Positions 53,701 to 63,100 of a stretch of 64,000 nucleotides of DNA are shown here, piece after piece. The stretch spans positions 13,091-77,090 of the forward strand of contig JBJOMN010000066.1 of the NCBI GenBank assembly GCA_046052345.1, read 5' to 3'. Position 1 is the stretch's first letter; every line of letters starts with the position of its first letter. A program made the translations under genes and the position numbers. Under the pieces are notes generated by a model. That model worked only from the letters and a program-made list of their open reading frames with translations. It was not told the DNA's origin and searched no databases. The DNA comes from Bacteroidota bacterium (GTDB taxonomy: Bacteria > Bacteroidota > Bacteroidia > AKYH767-A > 2013-40CM-41-45).

Positions 53701-55965
53701 ATGAAACGATTGTGGGCGATTACGGTCGTAATCGCCATATCCTTCTCGGCGCGCGGACAGTTGCGCGGAACCGTGACAGACAAGAGCACCGGGCAGCCCG
53801 TTCCGGGAGCCACGCTGCTGCTTCCTGAGCTCAAACAGGCGACAATCACGGATGCCACGGGTGGCTATGTTTTCCCTGATCTTAAAAAAGGGAAAATCAT
53901 GCTCCAGGTGCGCATGCTGGGATACGGCGGATTGAACACTACCGTGGATCTGAATACACGCACCGTAGCGGATTTCCAGCTGGAGACCAGCATCCTGGAG
54001 CACAGCGAAGTGGTGATTACCGGATCCGCCTTCACGGTGGACGTCCGTAGGACGCCTCTGGCGGTAGTTCCTTTGGAGGGTTTGCAGATCACACGGACCG
54101 GTTCCGACAACCTGATACAATCCCTTACGGCCGTTCCAGGAATTTCCACCATCAGTACGGGTAACGGTATTGCAAAACCGGTGATACGAGGTCTAAGCTA
54201 CAACCGGGTCGTCATTGTCAACCAGGGAGTGAGGCAGGAAGGTCAGCAATGGGGCAGCGAGCACGGGCCGGAAATAGACCAGTTCGCCGCCGAACATGTG
54301 GAGATCCTCAAGGGTCCTGCATCCTTGGAATACGGCTCGGACGCTATCGGCGGCGTCATCCATCTGCTTGAGCCTGTCCCTCCTCCTCAAGGTGCAGTGC
54401 GTGGCCGACTGAACAGTCAGTTCTCCACGAACAATCTGCTCACCGGCAACTCACTGCTTCTGGAGGGGAATCACTCCGGCTTCGTCTGGAGGACGCGTGG
54501 AAGTTATAAATCAGCAGGTCCTTTCAGGACGCCGAAGGAAACGGTATACAACTCCGGTTTTTCCGAGAATGCGCTGGATATGATGGCAGGTGTGAACCGC
54601 AGGTGGGGTTATTCGCACCTGAATTTCAGCCGCTGGAGCTCTCTTCTTGGCCTCACGGAGGGAGACAGGGATTCGCTGACCGGGGCGTTCGTAGACGGTG
54701 ACGGCCGTGTCTTAACGGAAAAAGAATTGAACGGAAGAAAGCCCGTTACGCCTTTTCAGCGTGTGGAACACCTAAGGATCGCGAGCACCAACAATGTGAT
54801 ACTGGGAAACAAACAACTGCGCATGAATGCCGGATTACAGCAAAACGGCCGGAGGGAATTCGAAGATTCTCCGGACTCCCCGGGAATAAACATGCGACTC
54901 AGAACCGCCACTTTCGATTCAAGGCTGCTCATGACATCGGGCAGCTCCTTTGAAGCCGCCGCCGGATGCTCAGGCATGTTGCAGTCGAATGAGAACCTGG
55001 GACTGGAGTATCTGATACCTGATTATCGAAGTATGGATGCCGGCATCTTTCTTACGGCCAAATCGAGCCCGGGCCGCTCCACTTTCAGCGGAGGATTAAG
55101 ATTCGACACCAGAAGTATGCGATCTGAAAGTCTGATGATCGAGCAGGACACCGTATTCAACCGCTTGGAGAAAGAGTTCATGGCGTTCACCGGTTCAGCG
55201 GGCTGGTCGTTTTCCTTCAACGACCGCAACTCGGTGAAAGCGAATTTCGGCAAAGGCTTCCGTGCGCCAACGGTTTCCGAGCTCTCCGCGAACGGTTTGC
55301 ACGAGGGCACTTTCCGTTACGAGGTAGGGAATCCGGCGTTGCAGCCGGAAGTTTCCTATGAGTTCGATGCCGGAGTCATCCATGACCGTGAGCTTTTTTC
55401 GGTCCATGCCGACCTTTTCGTCGGATACATCAGGGACTTCATCTACTACGCCCGGTCGCTGAACGAAACAAGAGCCGTGGACGGAGGCATTTATCCTGTC
55501 TATCGATACCTGCAGGACAATGTCGTCCGACAAGGTGGCGAACTGACATTGGACCTGCACCCCTGGCCTGCCCTGCATTTCGAAAACTCTGCGGCGTTCG
55601 TCTATGCCGAAAACAGGAATACAGGCCGGCCGCTCGCATTCACGCCACCGGCCCGCACAACCCATGAGCTGCGCTATGATTTCAAAAGCCGTAGCAAAAA
55701 AGGCAGCATTTATTTCAACTTCTCCCTGGATAACGTCTTCGCTCAGAACCGTATCGACGAATTCGAGACCTCTACGGCAGGGTATCTTCTGCTGAATGCA
55801 GGGGCAGGATTCGAAGGGAGGATCGGAAAAACCGGCCTCCGGCTTTTCGCAAATCTCAGGAATATCACGAATGAGACCTATTTCGACCACCTCAGCCGAT
55901 ACAAGGACATTTCGGTGAACGGGCCCGGGAGGAATCTGACGACCGGAGTAGAAATTGATTTTTAA
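53701..55965 (+). CDS. TonB-dependent receptor with N-terminal carboxypeptidase-regulatory-like domain (no SusD partner)
   Basis: Start at MKRLWAITVVIAISFSARGQ, giving 754 aa. CarboxypepD_reg-like N-terminus (LRGTVTD...GATLLL...TDATGGYVF), plug domain and 22-strand barrel. Ends in a terminal aromatic (…VEIDF). Confidence 0.9.
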   Translation: MKRLWAITVVIAISFSARGQLRGTVTDKSTGQPVPGATLLLPELKQATITDATGGYVFPDLKKGKIMLQVRMLGYGGLNTTVDLNTRTVADFQLETSILEHSEVVITGSAFTVDVRRTPLAVVPLEGLQITRTGSDNLIQSLTAVPGISTISTGNGIAKPVIRGLSYNRVVIVNQGVRQEGQQWGSEHGPEIDQFAAEHVEILKGPASLEYGSDAIGGVIHLLEPVPPPQGAVRGRLNSQFSTNNLLTGNSLLLEGNHSGFVWRTRGSYKSAGPFRTPKETVYNSGFSENALDMMAGVNRRWGYSHLNFSRWSSLLGLTEGDRDSLTGAFVDGDGRVLTEKELNGRKPVTPFQRVEHLRIASTNNVILGNKQLRMNAGLQQNGRREFEDSPDSPGINMRLRTATFDSRLLMTSGSSFEAAAGCSGMLQSNENLGLEYLIPDYRSMDAGIFLTAKSSPGRSTFSGGLRFDTRSMRSESLMIEQDTVFNRLEKEFMAFTGSAGWSFSFNDRNSVKANFGKGFRAPTVSELSANGLHEGTFRYEVGNPALQPEVSYEFDAGVIHDRELFSVHADLFVGYIRDFIYYARSLNETRAVDGGIYPVYRYLQDNVVRQGGELTLDLHPWPALHFENSAAFVYAENRNTGRPLAFTPPARTTHELRYDFKSRSKKGSIYFNFSLDNVFAQNRIDEFETSTAGYLLLNAGAGFEGRIGKTGLRLFANLRNITNETYFDHLSRYKDISVNGPGRNLTTGVEIDF

Positions 55966-56004
55966 AAGCGGGAAACAATCTTCCCGTGCTACTCGTTAGA
56001 ACCT

Positions 56005-56433
56005 GTGAGAAAAAAAACATCCATGAAGTCCTCCTATCTCTTCCTTTGTTCCGCCGTCCTTGGAGTCGCATTTTCCTGCTCGTCCTGCAAGGACGAAGAT
56101 ACTTGTACCGCAGGAACCGGTGGCAATCTCACCCTTGTAGCACAGCTGGCCCACCATGGCGATGTCATCCCCAACGACTCCCTTTATCCCGATACCGTCT
56201 GGGTGAAGTTCAATGTCTCCGACTGGGCAAATGCCCCCCAAGGGTACGACCTGCAGGTAATCGGTGAGTTTCCGGAGGACCATATCCACATCGAAGGACT
56301 TAAATGCGGAAAATATTACCTCTACGGATCGGGCTGGGACGCGTCCGTCAGTCAGGTCGTAAAAGGCGGAAAGCCATTTGAAACAGACCAAACGGATGGG
56401 GAAATATCGACCACCATACCCGTCACGGAATAA
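56005..56433 (+). CDS. Small lipoprotein, prealbumin/CarboxypepD_reg-like single domain (paralog A)
   Basis: 142 aa with a lipobox (AFSCSSC). C-terminal motif LKCGKYYLYGSGWD. Confidence 0.6.
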   Translation: MRKKTSMKSSYLFLCSAVLGVAFSCSSCKDEDTCTAGTGGNLTLVAQLAHHGDVIPNDSLYPDTVWVKFNVSDWANAPQGYDLQVIGEFPEDHIHIEGLKCGKYYLYGSGWDASVSQVVKGGKPFETDQTDGEISTTIPVTE

Positions 56434-56450
56434 ATCCGTAAAAAGATCAA

Positions 56451-56478
56451 AAAAGCCCGCCAAAGGGCTTTTTTTTTA
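56451..56478 (+). terminator. Rho-independent terminator (possibly partial/attenuating inside the locus)
   Basis: aaaa agcccgccaaagggct ttttttttt. Confidence 0.65.
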
Positions 56479-56503
56479 TGAATAAATTTCGTATCTTCAG
56501 GGA

Positions 56504-56893
56504 ATGTCAGGCAGTTTGCTCAGGCTTTTCCTTCCTTTGGCAGTTATCCTCACTGCCCTGTCGACTTCATGCACGAAAGACCACGAAGGCCGAGTCGTTC
56601 CGGGAACTATCAATCTGGAAATATCAGCGATTCATCATTCCTGGGGCGTGCCTTACGTACCGGTGCATCTGAAAATGAACACCCGCGAATTCCCCGGAGA
56701 GGATTCAGCATCCTACGATTTCCATGGCCTTTGCGATAATGAGGGAAAAGTGCGCTTCGAACAACTCTATCCCGGTGATTACTTCGTTTACATCAAAGGG
56801 TACGACCTGATCTGGGGGGATACCGTAACCGGCAAGGTGGCACTTCAATTACAACAACCCTCTGTGAACGTCACCGTTCGCGTAAACGAGTGA
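56504..56893 (+). CDS. Small lipoprotein, prealbumin/CarboxypepD_reg-like single domain (paralog B)
   Basis: 129 aa with a lipobox (LSTSC). Motif LYPGDYFVYIKGYD parallels paralog A. Confidence 0.6.
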   Translation: MSGSLLRLFLPLAVILTALSTSCTKDHEGRVVPGTINLEISAIHHSWGVPYVPVHLKMNTREFPGEDSASYDFHGLCDNEGKVRFEQLYPGDYFVYIKGYDLIWGDTVTGKVALQLQQPSVNVTVRVNE

Positions 56894-56896
56894 CCT

Positions 56897-58348
56897 ATGA
56901 GACGTATTCCGCGAATCCTTTTTTTTACTGCAGCCTGGATCCTTCTGCTTCAAGGCTGTAAGCCGGATCCGGTGGAACCGGACACCTGCGGGTTTCCGTC
57001 GGACGTGGCCGACATCATCCTTACTCGTTGCGCCACTCCGGGATGCCACAATGATATCAGCTACGGGAACGCAGGCGGAATCAATCTGAGCTCATGGAGT
57101 TCCGCCTTCGATTTCGGAAGAGCCGGCAGCAGCATCATCCCCTACTCGACCGACTACAGCTATCTGCTTTACTTCGTAAATACGGACAGCACCAGAGGTC
57201 CTGCCCTCCAACCCACTATGCCGTTGGACCAAGCGGCTTTATCCGCTTCCGAATACGAGGCGTTGAAAAACTGGATCCGAAGAGGTGCTCCCGACAAGGA
57301 CGGAAGACTTCGCTATCCTGCCGACCCTTCCCGCAAGAAGATTTACACGTGCATGCAGAGCTGCGACCAGGTTGCTGTCATCGATGCGGCATCCAACAAC
57401 ATCATGCGGTACATCCCGGTGGGGTCCAGTCCCATGGCGACTGAGGCCCCCCACCAGGTAAAGGTCTCTCCCGACGGGCAGTACTGGTATGTCGTGTTCT
57501 ACTCCGGCAGCGTTGTCCAGAAGTTCAGGACATCTGACGACAGCATCGTCAGCCAGACCTATATCGGTCCCGGCCAGTGGAACACACTCATCATCAGCCC
57601 TGACGGAAGAAAGGGGTTCGTGAACGGAACCGATATCGGCACTACTGTCGAGATCAATCTGGAGACCATGGCGCCCGGTCTGCAGCATTCGTTCAACCCC
57701 TCGCCGCATGGCGGCTTCATCACTCCCGACGGACGATGGCTTTATCTTACCCAGCAGACGGGCAGTTTCGTCACCAAAGTGGATCTCACCACGTACGATA
57801 CGGATCAGATCTTATTGGGAGGAACACCCGGACAGGACAGTCATGAAATGACCTTATCGCCTGATGGCACCCGCTACTTTGTCAGTTGTCAGGCTACAGG
57901 ACAGGTGCTGGCTTACCAGCTTTCCAACGACAGCCTGCTGGCAGTGATCAATGTCGGGGCAAAGCCGCAGGAATTCGCCGTATCCAGCCACCGGCCATAC
58001 GTGTATGTCACCTGTACCGAGGAACCCGTTGACGCTTCACGAAAAGGCCTGGTGTATGTCATCGATGCAGTGAATCTCACTGTTACCGGTACGGTTTACA
58101 CCGGCTTCCAGCCGCACGGAATCGCTTACGACAGCGACCGTCAGCTGGTGTATGTCGCGCATCTCAATCTGGACCAAAGCGGACCTGCACCTCATCACTT
58201 CTCCATGTGCGGTGGAAGGAACGGTTACATCACCTGCATCGACGAGCGTACCGGCGGACTACTTCAAAAAAGCCTTCCGAACGGTGCTGTATTCAATTAC
58301 CGTCAGGAAGTGCTGCCGGCGCCCTATTACATCAGTTACAAGCGGTAA
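56897..58348 (+). CDS. Lipoprotein fusing a PSCyt1-like (Planctomycete cytochrome-c-type) N-terminal domain to a YVTN-type beta-propeller
   Basis: 483 aa with a lipobox (LLQGC). N-terminal ~110 aa (DVADIILTRCATPGCHNDISYGNAGGINLSSW...PALQPTMPLDQAALSASEYEALKNWIRRGAP) follows the PSCyt1 pattern but with CX4CH. The remainder has repeated beta-propeller blades (PDGQYWYVVF, SPDGRKGFV, TPDGRWLYLT, SPDGTRYFVS, RPYVYVTC, RQLVYVAH). The start overlaps the previous stop by about 3 nt. Confidence 0.7.
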   Translation: MRRIPRILFFTAAWILLLQGCKPDPVEPDTCGFPSDVADIILTRCATPGCHNDISYGNAGGINLSSWSSAFDFGRAGSSIIPYSTDYSYLLYFVNTDSTRGPALQPTMPLDQAALSASEYEALKNWIRRGAPDKDGRLRYPADPSRKKIYTCMQSCDQVAVIDAASNNIMRYIPVGSSPMATEAPHQVKVSPDGQYWYVVFYSGSVVQKFRTSDDSIVSQTYIGPGQWNTLIISPDGRKGFVNGTDIGTTVEINLETMAPGLQHSFNPSPHGGFITPDGRWLYLTQQTGSFVTKVDLTTYDTDQILLGGTPGQDSHEMTLSPDGTRYFVSCQATGQVLAYQLSNDSLLAVINVGAKPQEFAVSSHRPYVYVTCTEEPVDASRKGLVYVIDAVNLTVTGTVYTGFQPHGIAYDSDRQLVYVAHLNLDQSGPAPHHFSMCGGRNGYITCIDERTGGLLQKSLPNGAVFNYRQEVLPAPYYISYKR

Positions 58349-58382
58349 AAAAAAACGCCCGTCACCGGGCGCTTTCAGTTTT
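58347..58382. terminator. Bidirectional rho-independent terminator
   Basis: aaaaaaaaa cgcccgtcaccgggcg ctttcagtttt between the convergent beta-propeller gene and mdh. Confidence 0.7.
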
Positions 58383-58397
58383 GTAAGGGAGCGGGGA

Positions 58398-59336
58398 TCA
58401 GGCCGTCTGCTTCATATTGTCGAGAACGTCCATGACCTCCTTGACTGCCTTTGCGGAATCGTGCACCAGTTTTAGCTCATCCTGATTCAGCTTCAGTTCG
58501 ATGATCTCTTCGATCCCGTTCTTACCCAGCTTCACGGGAACGCCGAGGTAAATGCCTTTCAAGCCGTATTCTCCGTTGAGCAATGCACAGCAGGGGAAGA
58601 TGCGTTTTTGGTCCTTGACAATGGCTTCCACCATCTGTGCGGCGGCAGCACCCGGAGCATACCAGGCCGAGGTCCCCATCAGGTTCACCAATTCGCCGCC
58701 GCCCTTCTTGGTGCGTTCGACGATGGCATCAAGCTTGTCCTTGTCGATGAGTTCAGTCACGGGAATTCCGGCAACTGTGGTATACCGTGGAAGCGGCACC
58801 ATGGTATCGCCGTGACCTCCCATGAGAACCGCCTGGATGTCCTTGGGTGATGTATTCAGTGCTTCGGCGAGGAAGGCACGATAGCGGGCGGTATCGAGGA
58901 TACCCGCCATTCCGAAGACGCGCTTGCTGTCGATCTTGGCCGTGAGGTAGGCGCAGTAGGTCATCACGTCAAGCGGATTGGAGACGACCACGATGATGGC
59001 ATTCGGAGAATGCTTGATGATATTTTCAGTGACAGAACGGACGATTCCCGCATTGGTAGCGATGAGGTCGTCGCGGCTCATGCCTGGTTTACGCGGCAAG
59101 CCCGAGGTGATGACGACCACGTCCGAACCGGCAGTTTTGGAATAGTCGTTGGTGCTGCCCGTGATGCGTGTATCATACAAATTGATGGGGCTCGTCTGCC
59201 ACATGTCCAGGGACTTCCCTTCTGCAATACCTTCTTTGATGTCGAGCAGAACGACTTCATGAACGAAATCCTTGTGGGCGATTACATCGGCACAAGTGGC
59301 ACCTACGTTACCGGCACCTACGACAGTTACTTTCAT
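58398..59336 (-). CDS. mdh: Malate dehydrogenase (LDH-like type)
   Basis: 312 aa with GAGNVG Rossmann motif and catalytic GGHGDTMVP. Confidence 0.92.
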   Translation of the reverse strand: MKVTVVGAGNVGATCADVIAHKDFVHEVVLLDIKEGIAEGKSLDMWQTSPINLYDTRITGSTNDYSKTAGSDVVVITSGLPRKPGMSRDDLIATNAGIVRSVTENIIKHSPNAIIVVVSNPLDVMTYCAYLTAKIDSKRVFGMAGILDTARYRAFLAEALNTSPKDIQAVLMGGHGDTMVPLPRYTTVAGIPVTELIDKDKLDAIVERTKKGGGELVNLMGTSAWYAPGAAAAQMVEAIVKDQKRIFPCCALLNGEYGLKGIYLGVPVKLGKNGIEEIIELKLNQDELKLVHDSAKAVKEVMDVLDNMKQTA

Positions 59337-59643
59337 GGGGATGTGTGTGTTGAAATTGAGCCTGCGAAATTAGAAAGAAATTGAGGATGGAACCACCGAT
59401 AATTCACACATGTTTATTAGTTTTTGGCTTATAAATCGATGTTTTTTAAAGGTTTTTATCAAAATATGTTGTATTTTTCAAATAAGTTCTATTATTATAG
59501 TAATATTCAAAGCCTCCTGTAAGCTCTGCCTGAAAAAACTCAGCTTAAATTCCCTAAATTTCATACTATTAACAGAGTATCCCGTTCGCTCTGAGTTTCA
59601 TTGTTTCACTGATTTGAAAAACAGCCGATTACTCACTAAATCC
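59337..59643 (+). promoter_or_regulatory. 300-bp AT-rich island upstream of the small secreted protein / SprB-like gene pair
   Basis: Sharp drop in GC compared with the flanking high-GC DNA, with runs of tttt/aaaa. The ORF-track N-terminal extension of the next gene reads through this low-complexity region. Confidence 0.4.
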
Positions 59644-60051
59644 ATGAAACCCTTACCCAATAAGCCTTTGCGGCCACTTCACCGTTGCAAGAACCTGGTG
59701 ATGCTTGCCGTGCTGGTGCTCTCTTCGCTCAGCATGTTCCTTGCCCCCTCCGATATCCTTGCGCAATCGGGATCTTCAGGGCAATCCACCCTTCCTGCCA
59801 GAAACCGGCATTATTTCCTGGTGCGTCTGGAAACCGGCAATATCCGCGACAATGAAGACCTTATCAAATCCGCTTTTCTGAACAACGGTTTTACTCTTTG
59901 CGAAACCGACGCGAACAATCAGTCGATCCGACTGATCGGCGAAAAAGGCGCTTCTATCGAGCGGGTCCAAAGCATTCTCAAGGAACTCGGACTAACCTTG
60001 AAAAGCCATCAGGAAGCCTATACCAACCAGACTCCGGTTTTCTTTCGTTAA
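59644..60051 (+). CDS. Small secreted hypothetical protein (135 aa) immediately upstream of SprB-like gene
   Basis: Start at MKPLPNKPLRPLHRCKNLVMLAVLVLSSLSMFLAPSDILAQS (signal peptide). No recognisable motif. 72-nt gap to the next gene. Confidence 0.5.
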   Translation: MKPLPNKPLRPLHRCKNLVMLAVLVLSSLSMFLAPSDILAQSGSSGQSTLPARNRHYFLVRLETGNIRDNEDLIKSAFLNNGFTLCETDANNQSIRLIGEKGASIERVQSILKELGLTLKSHQEAYTNQTPVFFR

Positions 60052-60123
60052 CCAACCTTTCCCCCCTGCATGAGACCGACTTTACTCGTTTCTTCGTTCA
60101 ATCTACCAACCGCTCGCACAGGA

Positions 60124-63100
60124 ATGCCATGGTGGTTGCCGGCTTTGCTGCTGCTATTTTCCGTCGCGGCCGTTGCACAACCATCGAATGATAATCCGTG
60201 CAACGCAATCGCACTTACTGTGGGAGCGACCTGCAGCTACACTTCGTTCAACAACACGAACGCCACCAACACGACAGGAGTTCCTGCTCCGGGCTGCGGA
60301 AACTACCAGACCGGCGATGTATGGTTTACCGTGACGGTACCTGCCGGCGGAGCCATCAACTTCGACACCCAGATCGGCACCATGGTAGACGGAGCCATGG
60401 CCGTATACACCGGAACCTGTAACTCCCTCACCTTGCTGACGTGCGACGACAATTCCAGTCCCAATGGCAGCATGCCGGCGATCGGACTTACAGGGCAGAC
60501 GCCCGGCACAGTCCTTTACATCCGTATGTGGGGAAGAGCATCCGGGCAAAGTGCTTCTTTCGGTGCTTTCGGCATCTGTGTCTCCACCCCGCCTGCAAAT
60601 GACAACCCCTGCAACGCCACGCCGCTTACGATTTCGGCAACCGGTTGCACTTACATCCAGGGTAGCAACCTGAACTCCACCAGCACCACCGGGGTTCCGG
60701 CGCCGGGCTGCGGTCTTTACAACGGCCAGGACGTATGGTTCTCCGCCACGGTGCCTTCGACGGGCTCCATCGTCTTCCAGACCCAGTCGGGAACCATGAC
60801 GGACGGGGCCATGGCGGTTTACAGCGGCGGCTGCAACGCTCTGAGTCTTGTATCGTGCAACGACGATGCCGCCACCGGAGGAACGATGCCCGGACTTACA
60901 GCCTCCAATCTTACGCCGGGCTCCACCGTCTACATCCGTTTTTGGAGCTACAATAACGCATCTAACGGGACCTTCCAGTTGTGCGGCCGACAGAACACCC
61001 CGCTCGCCCCGACCAATCAGGACTGTGCCAATGCGATTCCGATCTGTCAGAACGTCTATTCCAATCCGATCTCGTATGTCGGCACCGGAAACGTCCTTAA
61101 CGAAATCACCCCGGGGATCAGCTGTCTGGGAAGCGGTGAACGAAATGATGTCTGGTACACCTTCACCGTGCAGCAGAGCGGCAACCTGAATTTCACCATC
61201 ACGCCGGTGAACATGTCGGATGACTATGACTGGGCGGTTTACAACCTCACCAATGCCAGCTGCGCCAACATCGCTACGAACGGTGCGTTGCAGGTAAGCT
61301 GCAACTACTCCGCTACACCGGGTAATACAGGACCGACTGGAGCAGGTACGACGAACAGTCAACCTGCCTCGGGCGTCCCCTTCAACCAAACAATTCCGGT
61401 TACCGCGGGCCAGACCTACGTGGTCAACGTGAGCAACTACTCGGCGACAGCCGACGGTTATACCATCAACTTCGGTGCATCCTCAGCCGTCATCTTCGAT
61501 AACATACCTCCGCAGATGACCGGATTGACATCCGCCACAACGTGCGGCTCCTCGCAGCTGACGTTTAACTTCTCGGAGAATATCCTTTGCAGCACCATCC
61601 AGAACGGCGACTTTACGCTTACAGGACCCGGAGGTCCGTATACCATCACGGGATGGTCTGCTGCCGGTTGCGCAAACGGAGGCACCTACGGGCGTTCGGT
61701 CACTGTGACCATCTCGCCTGCCATCCGCACGAGCGGATCCTTCTCCTTCTGCCTGGGGAACGCCGCCGGGTCGGTCACCGACCTTTGCGGAAACGTGGCG
61801 CCGCCCGCCTGTTTCACCTTCACCATCGCTCCTATCACCCTTACCACTTCCACGGTGAATCCTGCCTGTAACGGAGGCGCCACCGGAAGCGTGACGGTAA
61901 GTCCCACCACGGGAGTGAGTCCTTACACCTACGTCTGGTCGCCGAACATCGGAAACACCTCTACCGTCAACAACGTAGCCGCAGGAACCTATTCCGTCAC
62001 AGTCACCGACGCGAACGGATGCACTGCCACGCAGAGCGTGACCGTTACCAATCCTCCTCCGATGACTACGACGGCCAGTGTGACATCACCGCCGTGCGCT
62101 AACCAGACCGGCACTGCCACCGCTTCGCCTAACGGAGGAACATCGCCTTACACCTACAGTTGGAGCCCTTCGGGCGGTACGGGCGCCTCTGCCACAGGAC
62201 TTGCTGCCGGAAGTTACACCGTAACGGTCACTGACAGCCGCGGTTGCACGGCAACTGCAGCGGTCACCGTCACCGCTCCTGCGCCTTTCACAGCCAGTGT
62301 CACCGCCACTACCAACCCACGCTGCAGCGGTGCGACCAACGGCTCTGCCACCGTCAGCGCAAGCGCCGGTGCTCCGACACCTGTCACGTACGCATGGGCT
62401 CCTTCGGGAGGAACGGGTGCCACCGCCAACAACCTCGGTGCGGGAACGTACACCGTAACCGTGACGAACGGCAACGGCTGTACGGCAACCACTACAGTGA
62501 CTCTCACCGCTCCGCCGGCCATCACCCCGTCTATCACCGCATTCCCTGCCACTTGTAACGGTACAGCAACGGGATCCCTGACAGTAGCCGCCACCGGCGG
62601 AACCACGCCTTACACTTTCGCCTGGTCGCCAAGCGGCGGCACCTCTTCTACCGCCAATAATCTTGCCGCGGGTAATTATACGGTCACGATCACGGATGCG
62701 AACGGTTGCACGGCCAGGGTAGGCGGCGTTGTGAGCCAGCCGCCTGCTGTAAACGGAACCACCAGTTCGGTGCCCGTCACCTGCAACGGTCTCTCCAACG
62801 GATCCGCCAGCGTGGTCGCTTCCGGAGGCACAGCACCTTTCACCTACAACTGGCTACCCAGCGGCGGAACCGGATCGACCGCCAACAATCTTTCCGGAGG
62901 GACTTACACTGTCACCATCACAGACGCCAGAGGTTGCACGGCTACTCGGACCGTGACAGTAGCGCAGCCTTCTCCGATCACCTACACCTCCACCAGCACC
63001 ACTGCCACCTGCGGACTCAGCGATGGCAGCGCTCAGATCAACGTGCTAGGCGGAACAGGACCTTATCAGTATGACTGGTCTCCGAGCGGAGGCAGCGCCT

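Noticed and set aside
57029-57049. Calling the beta-propeller lipoprotein a bona fide c-type cytochrome
   Set aside because: The motif is CX4CH, not the canonical CXXCH. Heme binding cannot be asserted from sequence alone.
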